The notes beneath the pieces were generated by a model, which did not search any database, was not told the origin of the DNA, and saw only the letters and a program-made list of their open reading frames with translations. From positions 8,862,187 to 8,926,186 of the forward strand of contig OZ316899.1 in assembly GCA_973895155.1 (NCBI GenBank): a DNA stretch of 64,000 bases, in the 5' to 3' direction. Origin of the DNA: Marsupella aquatica (lineage: Eukaryota; Plantae; Marchantiophyta). The position numbers and the translations under genes were made by a program. Of this stretch, positions 10,773 through 23,384 are shown one piece after another. The number at the start of each line of letters is the position of its first letter. Within the stretch, counting starts at the first letter, position 1.

Positions 10773-13700
10773 ATGCCTGGGAGGTGACGAGGTTTTTTCG
10801 TGACAGGTTTTTTCCAGCGTTCATAGTCAATGGTACATTTGGAGTTTCGTCGCATGAAACTCGAATGTGTGTGGCTGAGAGAATAGGTTAGTGAGAGGGC
10901 TTTCTAACGGTGGTTAGAACTCGCTGATCGGTATCCGTGGTGCGGAGGAATCAAAGTTTGCGTCGTTCAGGGTTTATTTGCATTCGACGGTATTTTGGGG
11001 GAGAGACCAGAGTTTGCGTTTTTCAATGGTGTGAGTTGTGCGGTGTTCGGGAGATCACACATTATAGCTCAAGTTGAAGGTTGAAGCGAATTGGTCGTTT
11101 TGGTAGCTGAGTTGTTGCCGAGTTGTTACTGAGTGCGTCGTGACGAGTGAAGGAGGCGTTCAGGTTTTTTCACAAGCTATGGAGCTTGTTCTCATCTGAA
11201 CTAGGTTTCTCTTCGTGATGACTGACTCGGTGGAACAAACGCGGAGTGCCACGGCTCAACGGTTTGATCACGGCGATGCGGTCGTTTTGAGCCCGGGATT
11301 GGCACTTGACGTGGAGTGAAGGCATCGCGGCGGAAGTTGTTACTTTGCTGGAGTTGCAGACTGTGTCGGTGAAATTTGGAAACATTTCCCATCGGCGGCG
11401 TTCACTTTACTCATTGGAAAAGGCGGCGGCAAGGTGAGTAAACCGGGCCATTTTTTTAAAGTAAAATTTTTGCTTCTAAGGGGGTATTTTTTGGGCCTTG
11501 TGTGTGTATACACACACCCTGCCCCCCAATACTCCCCCTCATTCACCCCGTGGAACTCCCCCGCTTTCTCCCCCCGACTCTCCCTTTCGGCCGCCTCACG
11601 CAGTGCCGGCCGGCGGTTTACGTGCGACCGTGCGCTCACCGAGGGCTGGTTGAGACCCTCCGGCCGGCCCTGCCGTTCCCTGCCCCTTCACGAACCCCTC
11701 CTACCTGCGGCCAGCGCCCCTCCCCGGCGCATGGCGTCGTTACGCCCCCCGACCCTGTATCCGGCTACGTATGCAGCTGACGCTGCTACGCCACCGCCTC
11801 CCTTACGCCCCCTGCCCGCATACGCTACGACCCCATATGGTGTGTATTTCATTTTAAGGGGCCTTTGCACACCCTCTAGGGTGCTTTTAAATTTCCATTT
11901 TCCCTGGTTTTCCTATATAAATGCCCGGCCCGATATGCGTATACTCCCGGATGCGCCTTTGTTATACCTGTATGTTTTGTATTAAGGGACTTTGCACCCC
12001 CTTTAGGGCGCTTTTTATAGCATTTTTTCCTCCCTCTTGTTTTACTTGGTGCCGGGACCTGCCGCCCTCCATTTTAACCGCTTGGCCAAGGGGAACGGTG
12101 TCGCGTGGACTTTAAGTTAGGGGCTCCTCGGGCAAACTACACGCTTCTGGCTGCGATCAGGACAGGTGACAAGCACTTTTCGGAGCGAACTCTCACTCCT
12201 TTTAATTTTTTACTTTTCTCACAAAGGTTACAATAGGTGCCCTCGAGTAAGCTTGCCCGCAAGAGTCTGGTAGCTGGCCCTACGGCGGGCCGCTACCTCT
12301 AACTTGTCGGGTAGAACTCCTCGAGTGACTAACTACTCAAAATCTGACGGAAAACTATCCTCCTTAGCTCACAAAGCCAAAACTCGACTAGCTACTCCAC
12401 TAGTCTAAAACAGCTCGCACGGAACTCGGGCCTGGACCAACGAGGCTCCAAACTCGAGAAATTCCTGCCTGGATCAACGAGACTCCAGACTCGAGAAACT
12501 CCCCGCCTGGATCAAAAACTCCTTGCCTGGATCGAAAACTCACTCCGAACTCCAAAACCGACGCACGACAACCGAGTTTCGCAGAACGGAGCGTAACTCA
12601 ACCGACCTCAATAGACAACCATCAACCTCAATGAGCCGAGGCTCAAGTCTTAAGTAGCATCAGAAACCCAACCATCCAGCCTGAGCCAGCTGCCATCAGC
12701 GAGGCTCATCCAAACTCCAAGCTTGGTGACTCACCCAAACACCAAACCTGGTGACGACGAGTCACCCAATCACCAAACCTCAATCCATCCAACCAAGCAG
12801 CCCCTCCGAGTCAGCATGCATGCAACCCAACCGGGAGGCCTCGTCCATCATCCCTATAAAAGCCATTCCTGAGCCGAAATCATTCGGCACGACAACGGCC
12901 CCTGTGAGACCTGTTGGACTATGCGAGAATATTCCCAAAAAACAGAGAGCTGTTTTTTGGCCATTCGACAAAGATTCTGTCCGCCAAATGGTAACTTTTT
13001 TGGTGAGGATGTTGCCACTAGAGTTAGCAACGCGGCGCACCAATCAGGGTCATTGTAGCGTGCGAGGAAACAGTAAAAAATTTCCTCGCACGGGATCATT
13101 TTCTCCTTGGAAAAGGCACGAAAACAACCTCGCTAGCAAAAAGTGACACTCGCTAGCCTAAAAGGAACCTTCTATTCCACCTATTTATTTAACTCCCGTT
13201 GGGTTTAAAAAGCGATCCCGACGATGCATTGGTACATATTATGTATTCCCTGGACACGAACGGTCGTCGACGGCACCATAATTAAACATATAATTCTACA
13301 GTACATCAGGCCAGCGAAGTCGCTAGCCATAACTCTGCCCATCATTCTCGCACGAAATACTGCGTGCGGTCATGACCCACACAAAAATCACTCATTAGAA
13401 ATCATGGGTGTAAACCGTTGCAGCAACAGCACTAAGCCGTATCATATCACGACAGAATCCAATGTCCCCTTCCTCATGAGTGAAGCGTGAAACACGAAAC
13501 CGTTTGAGAGGATCCGAGGCTCCGAAAATGCACTATATGTCATTCGGACCTCTTGACTCATCTCCATTCCTAACAGTGTTCTCATTATTTGACTTTCATC
13601 GTCTCCTCACTCTTTTGTGATCGTCTTTGCATCGCAGAGTAACTTCAATTGAGCTTGTGTTGTCATATCCACGGGCGAGGAGGGGATCTGGTGTTCTCGG

Positions 13701-13947
13701 GTGTGTCGCATTCTTGCAAAGTTTTTGTCGCACAAAGAGATGTAAGTTTGATACGGGAAGACCTCTTCACAGCAAATAGTATTATTGTTCATGAGAAAGT
13801 CTGGATTTCCCAGTTCTCTTTTTCCTTCTCGTAGTTTTGCGCATTTTGACTCGATGAGCTTGGATGTTTTGAATGTGACTGTTTCTATTTGGTAAACACA
13901 TGTTGAGAAAGTAATCTGATACACAGAAGCGTTTGTTACAGACATAA

Positions 13948-14376
13948 ATGGCAAAAAACGATGGCCCTTCCGCTCCAAAACCCAAATGGGTTCTGGAGGT
14001 CCGCCGCTACAACGCCAAAACTGACGGCCTAGTGGACTCGCCACCAAGCTCTCCTCCGGCAAGGAAGAGTGTTACCCCTCCGCTCAAGGCTGGATCATCA
14101 TCCAGTCGGGTCCCGCCTGTTGCCTCTGCTTCAACTCAGCGACCTGCACCGCCGAAGGAAACAACTTCAAGCGTTGTTTCCAGAGCACCAATGTCTTCTC
14201 GCACAAACGTATCCGTTTCTAAGGGAGTTTCAGAGAAGCGGAAGAGAGAGGAGGAGGAGTCTTACTGGAGGGACATCGACATACACAACTACTGGACATC
14301 CGACATCCTCGCTTCGTCCGATTATGATACGGATTCGGACACAGATTCAGACGCCTACAAGGCAGCATCTCCATGA
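13948..14376 (+). CDS. Small Ser/Pro-rich protein or exon with acidic C-terminus, third gene of MULE-2, function unknown
   Basis: 142-aa ORF; its last 23 codons are duplicated at about 14651-14720 with mostly synonymous changes. Confidence 0.45.
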   Translation: MAKNDGPSAPKPKWVLEVRRYNAKTDGLVDSPPSSPPARKSVTPPLKAGSSSSRVPPVASASTQRPAPPKETTSSVVSRAPMSSRTNVSVSKGVSEKRKREEEESYWRDIDIHNYWTSDILASSDYDTDSDTDSDAYKAASP

Positions 14377-15278
14377 ATAGTACCCTAGACGACAATCACT
14401 CCGCGTTGCGAACCCCCGTAGTTTTACAGTTAATCTCTGCCAAGTCCGTGACCTTAAAATGAAATGATCGGTAGGACACAGACATTTTGTCAGTTACAGA
14501 TGTTTTGATAAATATTGGACAATATTCGAATAAAGCTTCGGAAGTTTTTTCAATTTCATGAGTGCATACCTTGCTAGCGAGATCGCTAGTAAATATTGCC
14601 TACTGGTACTTGAGTGATTTCCGTTGTGGATAACATGCGAGCACGGAAAACATCCTCGCTTCCTCCAACTATGATACAGTATCCGACTCTGACTCCGATG
14701 CGTACAAGGCAGCGAGCCCTCGAATAGGAAACAGTAATGGTAGTCCATGTTGTAGGGGCATAAACATTTTGTAGACTGTGTCTATTTCGTAGATCTGGGA
14801 TCCAAAAAAGTTCTTCGACACTCAATGTCCAACACAGTCGTAAGGGAGAACATCTTTGTTCATTTTGAAATAACTTCTTGAGAAGACTGCCGACTACAAT
14901 GTTTGGACTTACAGTACTAGTTTTGCTAGCGACATCGCTAGTAAAACTATGCGTGACTAAAATGGTTTGTTTTCTCGAATGTATATCCCAAAAACAATTA
15001 AAATACATGAGTTATTGAACTCTACGTTATGTAGAACTTGGTCAAAAAGAAACCGTTTACGGGAAACCTAAAACTTTACTTTACGGGTTTAATGCCAGAG
15101 ACATCGCTAGAAAAATAAACACTATTGCCGATACGTATAGAATAGTACTAGACCCTCGCTAACATTGCATACACAATATAATTAGTGAGGTGGAGGACTT
15201 TCCTCTGTTCTGAAAACCAAAAAGGCGACAAAATTAGGGACGCTGAAACGTTCACCTCAACGGATAATAGAGATTAAG

Positions 15279-18200
15279 TCAACTACACTGCAACAGAATC
15301 AAACTCCTTACTTCAGCAACAGTCAGAATTGGCTGCTTCACAAGATCGTCTCTGTCTAGATTCAGTGAGAACTTGTTTAAGTACACCCAGAGGAGGTGTT
15401 TACAAGACATATAGGGTCTTCCTCTCGTGTGTCTCTTGTAGAAGTCATCACATGAGCAAGAAGGAAAGCAACACACTTGGACCCAGTACTTGTGTGCAAT
15501 TTTAGAATCTGTCTCGTGAGTGATGATAAGATATTGCCATCCCCACCCGTTTCCGAGGCATATCTTCTCACTTCCAATGACTCTCATATGTTCGTCAGTC
15601 GCAGATCGAATGCGTTTGAGAAGCTCTGGGGTGTTTTGGAAACGTTGACGAACGCCTTTCCCATTCCGGGTCTTGAATCTACGGTTTGGAATACCAATGT
15701 CAACTCTTTCTGGGAAGGAGTTCACATCAATTTGGAGGTCAACACGATTTGGAGAGGAGAACGACCCAATCGGTGCTGGATCAGAGTATGAGAATCCTCT
15801 GATTTCAATCCCATTTTGAAGAAGAAAGTCAATCTCTGTTGGGGTCAGCCTGGTCCCACACTGGACTTGCAATGCCTCAGGTGGTTCCGGAAGCTGGGCA
15901 AGAGTCCTTCTGCCACCTGTTTTATGGCACCTATTATTCGGACAGAAGTATAGAAGCTGACGATGTGGAGATGACAACCTCAATCCGTGAATCGCAACAC
16001 CAACCACTCCAGCCCGGAATGCCTTCATTCCAGTTTCTTTGATGAGATTCCTGCACTCATCTCTTCCAAACACACTTCGGTCCACTCGTCCATTGCAAAC
16101 AGGTCCACTCCCTTTTCCACTCCGCCTCAAGTGCCAGGTCCCATATGTCACATCAACCTCTTCAACAAAAGGGATCCTTCGGGGTGCATCCCGAATTTCA
16201 TCCCGATTATTTTGAGGCTGTGGTATTTCTCCAACGTAGTTCGGGTCCTGTGTTGTATCTCCACGGCTAAGTTCTTCACCATCATCTGATATATTTATAA
16301 CTTCACGAGGAAGAGAAGGTCCATGGCAAGTGGGGTTGTCTTCATCGCCAGGAAAGTCTGAAGGTCCACCAATATCGGAAGCACCGTTGAAGTTACCAAA
16401 TTCTATGTAAAGATTTCTTCTTTTCAAACTAGACCGCGACGCCACTGTGCGCAATATCTTATCATGTCTATGAGAATCGTTTTCATGAATAGAAGCAGAA
16501 GCACTACCCTTCCGTTTACCTGACGTTGTTCTAAGATCTCCATGTAAAGGCACAGTTCTATAGAACTCATATTTTCCAGATGATTCAAATAGTAGATTGG
16601 ATGCCTTCTCATAGGCATCCATAGACCCCATTGTATCTGCATTTCTGAAGGCCAGCTCAAATATTGTAGGACCATTCCCACGGTGACACCCTTCCAAGTA
16701 TGCAGTGAACGCTGCAATCTGTCCAGCTGCTCGATTCTGGTCAACTTCACAGGCTTCAATCAAACCAATTTTCTTCTTCGGCTGGCAGGAACGCATTGAT
16801 GCGTGAGCAGATTCAGCTCCCGCACAGTTTGGCATCAGAGCAGACTCCTTCGCAGTTTGCGTCTGAAAAATGAGCAGAGTTAACACTTGTATTCACTAGC
16901 GATATGTCTATTTTGAGACAGTCTAATGTTTCAGTCGGTGACCAAAATACATTTACGAAAAGAAGTTTTATTGCTAGCAATCTCGCTAGCTTAAACTCAT
17001 CAGAAAGAATTCACCGTTACTCACCACACGAATAAAGTTACCCCATTGTCTCCACCGCACAACCCACCATGAAATCCACCCTTGTAGTGATTTAAGCTTG
17101 GAAGGGTGACAATTCCCCTCTTTCCACCATTTTTGAATGTCTTCGGCGATACAATATGCTTTGACGTATGTTGGAGCAATTCTTAACTTCTCCCACATCT
17201 TATAGTGCTCCGCATGACACCCCTCCTTGATCCCCTCCAAAGTGTGTCTTCTGAGGGATTGAGAGAGATGGAAAGCATCACTATGCTCTTTCAGAGGATT
17301 TCTGACACCTCCAAAAAATACCCTTCTCACAAAAATCCAGCCAGCCTCCGCATTGTCTGCTATGAGTCCTCCAATAATGGGATTATGCACTCCATTCTCG
17401 GATGCGACATCTACCATTAACCTCCACGCAGTTTCAAGTGACTCTGTGTCTTCGGCTCTCAACTCGCAAGTGAAAATTGTACACAGAGCGCGGTAATTAT
17501 GGTCATACACGTGTGCGCTGAAGGTCAACCATCCACTAGTGATACGATGCATCACATCAAAACTGACCCACAAACCTTCCAATGCTCCTCCAGCCTCCAT
17601 GCTCCTCAAAATTTCCACACCCGATCCAGGACCATTTGTACTCATTTTGAATACATGCGGTCGATCATTTCTGTTTCCTTGACCGAGAAACAGGTACCTC
17701 TGCACGAAAGGGAAATTGTTACGTGATTGCATTTCACGAAGTGAGTCAAGTTCTCCTTTTTTAGGATTATCCATCTTCACACTCCGAAGAATAGCTTGGA
17801 ACTTTGGAGCGGTAGAAACTACTCCGATCGAACTCCAAATTTCTTGTTGTTCTTCTCTCGACAACTGAGCCGATGATTCTGGATGCAATAGCGAGACAAG
17901 GTTCCCAATTGACTGGTTTCTCAGACGTGCGGGAGTTGAGACTGGATTCAACCAATGGACCCCTAAAACCACATCTTCCGCTGTTTTTCTCGCAGAACGA
18001 GATTTTCCCTTCCAAACAGGGTGATCGTGGAATCCCATATGCACAGCCAATCTGGACATATGCATTGAAATGTGACTCTCCAAACCTTGCTTAGGGTACA
18101 CATACAACAGTTTTGTCGGGCATTCTCGAATACAGAGAGGCCTCTCTTCATAGAAGCCACAGACAATTCCTCCCTCACTCACTTGCTCTCCAAGACGAAA

Positions 18201-19091
18201 GATGTCAGTCAACAACCCTTTCCCTCTGAAAGCGCAATCATTTTTCACTCCAATATGTTTCAACTTCCGGCAACCCAAATTATGGCATTCGAGAATTCCA
18301 GCGCAAGGAACTTTCGACACAGCCCAATGAAACCTTGGCTTCAAATTCGCAGATGTAGTCACTAGTCTCGTCCAAGGATAGCCGTCCTTCTCTCGATCCA
18401 TATCTTGGAGACCTCCTCCCCTCCCGCCCCACTCGACTGGAGGAAGTTCAAAAACAACGTTACCATTGTATGTCGATGGTAGAGTCGAAACCTGACATTC
18501 ATTCCATTGATTCCCTCTTCTAAATTGTGCAAGTTCACTCGCTCCACTGATATTGAGAAAAGCGTCATAGGCACTCATCCGATACACTGTGCTCATGCTA
18601 TCCCCAGTCCTTTCAATCAAATTTGTCGCTAACCCTTCGGGTTCGGAACCATCTCGTGACTTCATCGAACCACAAGATGTGTCTTGCCTTATACTCTTTG
18701 GAGATATTTCAATGACCTCGGGAGCTCTGTCTTTGGGAGGCGTCCCAAGATCAATCACAAGAGTTTGATGAACGGGATCTAATTCCATGGGTTCCAAAAT
18801 GACATCAGGAAAACCATCTTTACTGGACAGAACCTCGACACAAGATCCAACCTTCAGCGTCCAGACCTTCCCGGAAGTACTACTGTCCTCTCTCAACTCG
18901 TGACTCCGTGGCCCATTTTGAGAATACAACTCAAACAACTTCATGACAAGGTCATCTTTTGGAATTCCAAAACGAGTTGCAAGGAATGACTCTGTCACCC
19001 TAACCTCCGACGAGTCAGGGGCACTTGGGAGTACCACCACGTCTCCCGTCATTCTACGCTCCAAAACCACCTTGGAATTCATCGACATCAT
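15279..19091 (-). CDS. MULE DDE transposase with Cys/His-rich (GCM-like) N-terminal region and C-terminal SWIM zinc finger, about 1216 aa, two exons
   Basis: Exon 19091-17025 plus phase-0 GTGAGT...TTTCAG intron (17024-16863) plus exon 16862-15279, no stops. Candidate catalytic residues FD(VMHR), AD(NAEAG), DxxH (SDAFH), AE(SAHASM); SWIM CSC-x14-CKH. Confidence 0.88.
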
Positions 19092-19769
19092 CTCTTCTCA
19101 GCATACAAAAATACAACCACTATGTTTTGAATCTCCCATACGAATCCTATTTGCAGGACCAAAACTGGGTTTTCCCCAACGGAAACAACAATCCGAACAG
19201 ATTGTCAGTCGGTTCCTGTTGATTTTACCGTTATTTTGTCTTTTACTCAACGTATAGAGACGTCTCCCATGCTAGCGATCTCGCTAGCTTGGTTTTGATA
19301 GTTTTATGGCAAGAAAACCATTGATTTCAACTCTTTTAAGGATACCTGTGTCATTGAGTTTATGCCAGCGATCTCGCTAGCCAAAAAGTCAAACTGATTT
19401 TTGAGGAAGTTTACCATTAGGATTCCGTTGGGAATAGTCAACGGGTACCATAATGTCAACGGTACAAATTACACGGGACACCTGGAGTATTTTGTCTGGA
19501 TAAGATTATCGGTCGTGAAGGTTGTTCTTCATGTTTTCCAAAAAGTACAACTAGTGGTCCCTGCCAGGAGATTTCTGTTATTCCTTACATCGTACTGTCA
19601 ATCGTTGTCAGTATTCACTATCGTAACTCTGTAAGGCTTTGGAGGGAGTTCGTAGCAGTTTGTACGGCTATCCTAATTCTCCGAAAGGAGGTGCTCTGTG
19701 GACGTTTTTGACGCGTGCAGCCGCTGCAGTCTCCGGGCTCGAGCACTCTTCTCCGAAGGGTTTTATTTC

Positions 19770-22700
19770 ATGGAGTCATCGTTGTCTCCAGAGAGTATTT
19801 CTTTGAGAGGATCGTTTCAGTCTAGGGAGTCGACAAGGAGAGAAACTAGGTCCACAGCGAACAAGAAAGCGCTTGCAGCGGGATTGAAGACTCCAAGGCG
19901 GCCCAAGATGGTGACAGCGGTAGACGTAGTTGCTCCTGTGTTTGATCCGAGCGCTTCGGAACCTTACACGGTTGTCATAAACCGTCATCTTCACTCGTTT
20001 GGAGTGAATGAGTTCGAATTTGCATTGGCTCCCCCCAAATTCCTCTGTGCTGGATGAGAAACATGCAGATTGTCCGGTCTCTGCAGAAGGATTCCACTGT
20101 GATAGACACATTGAAGTCCGAGTTCAAAACGCAGGGTTACATCGAGGATGCGCCTCGATTTTACGTTCAGATGACAAACGAGGATGGAGAAATCCAGATC
20201 TGTACAGATGCCATCCGCGAAACTTGGGATGATATTTGGGTGTTGCAAAACGAGGAGTTTGAGCGCGAATGTGATTCTCATGTTTCTTTCCAGATCCTCA
20301 AGGACAAAATGTTCTGTGTTTTCGATGGAAACCACCGATTGTATTCGTGGAGCCAACTGGCGGAGGAACATCCGGATGATATTAAGTACCATCCTCGAGT
20401 GGTCTGCAAGATCTTTAAGGGTGAAAAGAACTCTTTTGTTCAGATCAAGTCGGCTATGCACGCATTGAACAGGTGGGACTTCTCATGATAAGATAGTTCT
20501 GAAATTTCATTTTTACTAGGTCACTTTCAGTTGGCGATCTCGCTAACATGAGGCATGTTGTGGCAGGTTACTCAATGTCATGTAGAGAATTCCTGGGTTT
20601 TGGAGGCTGAACGCGTCCAGAAGATTCTGAACAATGACTTATCCGTTTACAAAGATATCATCGACGCTGAGAATTACAAACTTTTCCAGCAGAAGATGGC
20701 CAATGTGCGGAAGGCCGCATGGTATTCGAAGAACATGACGCTGGATGCCTGCACTTATATTCTATCCGCTGCTAACATTGCATCGCAGACCGAGGACCTT
20801 AAGAAGAAATTTGCTCTTAAGGAGGCTCAAGGCGAGCCCCTTTCCAAGGTTGCACAGGACTTAGCAATGCGTGACATGATGAAAGAACAACTTGCTGATT
20901 GGAATGTGAAAGTTCCAAAGATCGGTCCATTACTAAATCCTGAGTTTGGAGACTTTTTCAAGAAATGTGTCGAAATGCATAACTACTGCGAGAACGAGAG
21001 AAAGGAGGCCCAAAGAACAGATGACAAAGGCAGGGGAAATGTTTCTTGTGGTCTTGATCGAGCTCGATTGTTCACTGGTGTGACCTCTTTATCCCCAGAG
21101 CTTCGATGTACACTCCTGGAGGCACAGTGTCGTCCTGAGCTTCGGAAAAAATTCTTTCATCCAGGTCAATTCTCAGATGGTGAGACTAAGCTTTGGCTTC
21201 ATCGTTGGGCAGTGTGGGGGCAAGTCGAGTCAATTTTGTCTTCCCTCATGTCTGAAATTGTTTCCGAGGTAATGCCTACTGTCCTTGAGTCGAGGATCCT
21301 TACGTCTTCAGAGAAGACAAAAGCTTCGCTAATCCTTGACATTGAGGAGGATTTTGAGGATTTCCAAACTCGTGTGAAAACTCGTTTTTTCAAGCAGATT
21401 TGGCCACCCAAGACAGGAGAGAAGGTAGACATTACATTGGTGTTGAGGAGAGCGAAGAGATACACGTATCGATTTTTTGTAGACAGAGAAGTAGCAGACA
21501 AATTTTACTGGTGGTCCTACCCAGCCTGTTTCTCCCCATGGATAGTCGGGGTTAAAGAGGACCCTACAAGTGATAAGTTTGGGGAATATTGTATGTTTCC
21601 TTGCGAGGGAAGTGAAGCTCCGAGGAGATTGAGCGAGTGGGAGGTTCTTCATTGTCCATGGTATTTGGACTCGGACAAATGGTTTGTGACATTTGACACT
21701 GCAGAGAAAGCAGCTCTTCACATGATCAATCGAGGATTCCTTCCGGAATCTTACATCTCCGAGTCCAAATTGGCACCCACTGATGCTGAAGTTGGTGGTT
21801 GCGAGGCGATGGAAAAAGCTTGTCTTGGTGTAGCTGCCATAGTGGATAGGAGTCGAGCACGGAAGCCAAGAAAAGGAGCATTGAAGGACACATCCAAAGA
21901 TGGGTCCCAGATTTCCGGAAAGCCAAGTAAGTCTGTTAATTGTATGTTACTTTTTATTTTTAAGTCCGGATGTGTGTCGAATATACAGACACTAATGTCT
22001 TTTGCTTCATAGAGAGGAGGAAGGGAGCGGCTTCTGAGAGTTTGAAGAGTGGAGCAGATGATGGTGAGGAACCTCAATCCCCAGATGCCGAAGTCACAAC
22101 AAAGAGCGCAGTGGATTTAGGAAGTATAAAACGTTTGAAACGGAAGCGGAACATCCAGATTCTTTCAGATTCGGACGATGAGGAAGTTTCAGTTGCTCAA
22201 GGTGTTGCTCGGATGTGTGGTTTGAAGATGGATGGGCAGCGACATTTCCTGGCTCGTAGCAATTTGACCGATACTGCAAACTCAATTAGCGTAAGTAAAG
22301 TGAGGCCATCTTGGATGGGAGATGGAGATCGATGGATTACTGGGATGTCGAAGAGCGTAGAGTGCCCGAACCATGTCGTAATTAATGGAAAGCCTTATGC
22401 TGGGATTGGAGCACATTTGGGATTCATTTCTCTTCCAACTGGGCATAGAACAAGCGTTACAGACAAACAGGTTCCGTCTTGGAATGTTTGGAGCGAGAAA
22501 CTCCCATATTATTTTTTTGGAGTGATGAGACCAATGCTTTCAGACGACGAATATATTGTTGTCTTGCACAGCTCAGACTTCAATCACATGAGGCAAATAT
22601 TTACGGCAGTCGAGCAAAAAAACAAATTCAAACATGTGCAGCAATATACCGTTTTGTTGTCCACCCCTTTATGGAGGGCAGATATGGATATTGAGGTAGT

Positions 22701-23384
22701 TATCCCTTAAATTTCTTGAGAGTTTTAATGCTAGCGATGTCGCTAACAAAATTATAATTTTCAGCTACCAAACATATCTTGTTTAGGTGTTAATTTTCTA
22801 TTTTCCGACTAAGTTAATGCTAGCGAGCTCGCTAACAAAGTTAGCATTGTTTCTGATGTATTTTGGTTTTTATGCAGGTGTGCACTCTCATCCTGGATGT
22901 TTTTTGTCGGGTGGAATTTAGTGCAAAGATTCCTAAAGATCGAGCGTATGTTCCATTGACGTCTTCGGAAGATGCAAGACATAAGTCAATGTTGAGTGTT
23001 TGTTACCCTAAGACTGACCCCTGTCCAGAAGCGGCTGTTGCTGGATCAAAAAGGCTTTCAATTGGGTTCATGCAAGCCGTGATGGAATTCCTCACAAAAC
23101 CCAAAGACATAGTCCTTGACTGGACTGTGTGTGACGGTAGCTCATTTTCTGCCCGAGAATTCTCCGGGAGATTTGTTGTCGGTGTTGAAGACAGGGACAT
23201 TCTCCATTGCTGTGCAGAAAAAACTTTAAACAGTGTTCTGGCGAGGCATTCGAGCAAGGCAAAGATGATTAGGGATCAGCCAGCCAAGGTTAATCAAGAC
23301 GCTGGGTCGGATGATGAGTTCACGATTCCAGGGGATGAACAGGCTGGGCCTTCAAGCGAGAAAGACGAATTCGACCTGGAGTAA
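19770..23384 (+). pseudogene. ParB/Srx-like domain fused to degenerate beta-class N4/N6 DNA methyltransferase-like domain (multi-exon)
   Basis: FCVFDGNHRLYSW near 20310-20350; C-terminal FMQAVMEFLTKPKDIVLDWTVCDGSSFSAREFSGRFVVGVE resembles amino-MTase motif X-I-II; upstream AHLGFISLPTG...MRPMLSDDEYIVV resembles motifs IV-VI. Introns 21927-22012 and 22696-22877 are phase-consistent; there is a 1-nt frameshift in the C6 run at 20031-20036, and intron 20473-20566 is 1 nt out of phase. Confidence 0.72.

Noticed and set aside
11434-11985. 183-aa Pro/Arg-rich ORF in the Copia leader
   Set aside because: Likely a chance ORF in GC-rich sequence; non-ATG start and no domain.
19770-23384. Bacterial or phage contamination explaining the ParB/MTase gene
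   Set aside because: The gene has GT-AG introns and lies between MULE TIRs with a TSD inside a plant Copia.
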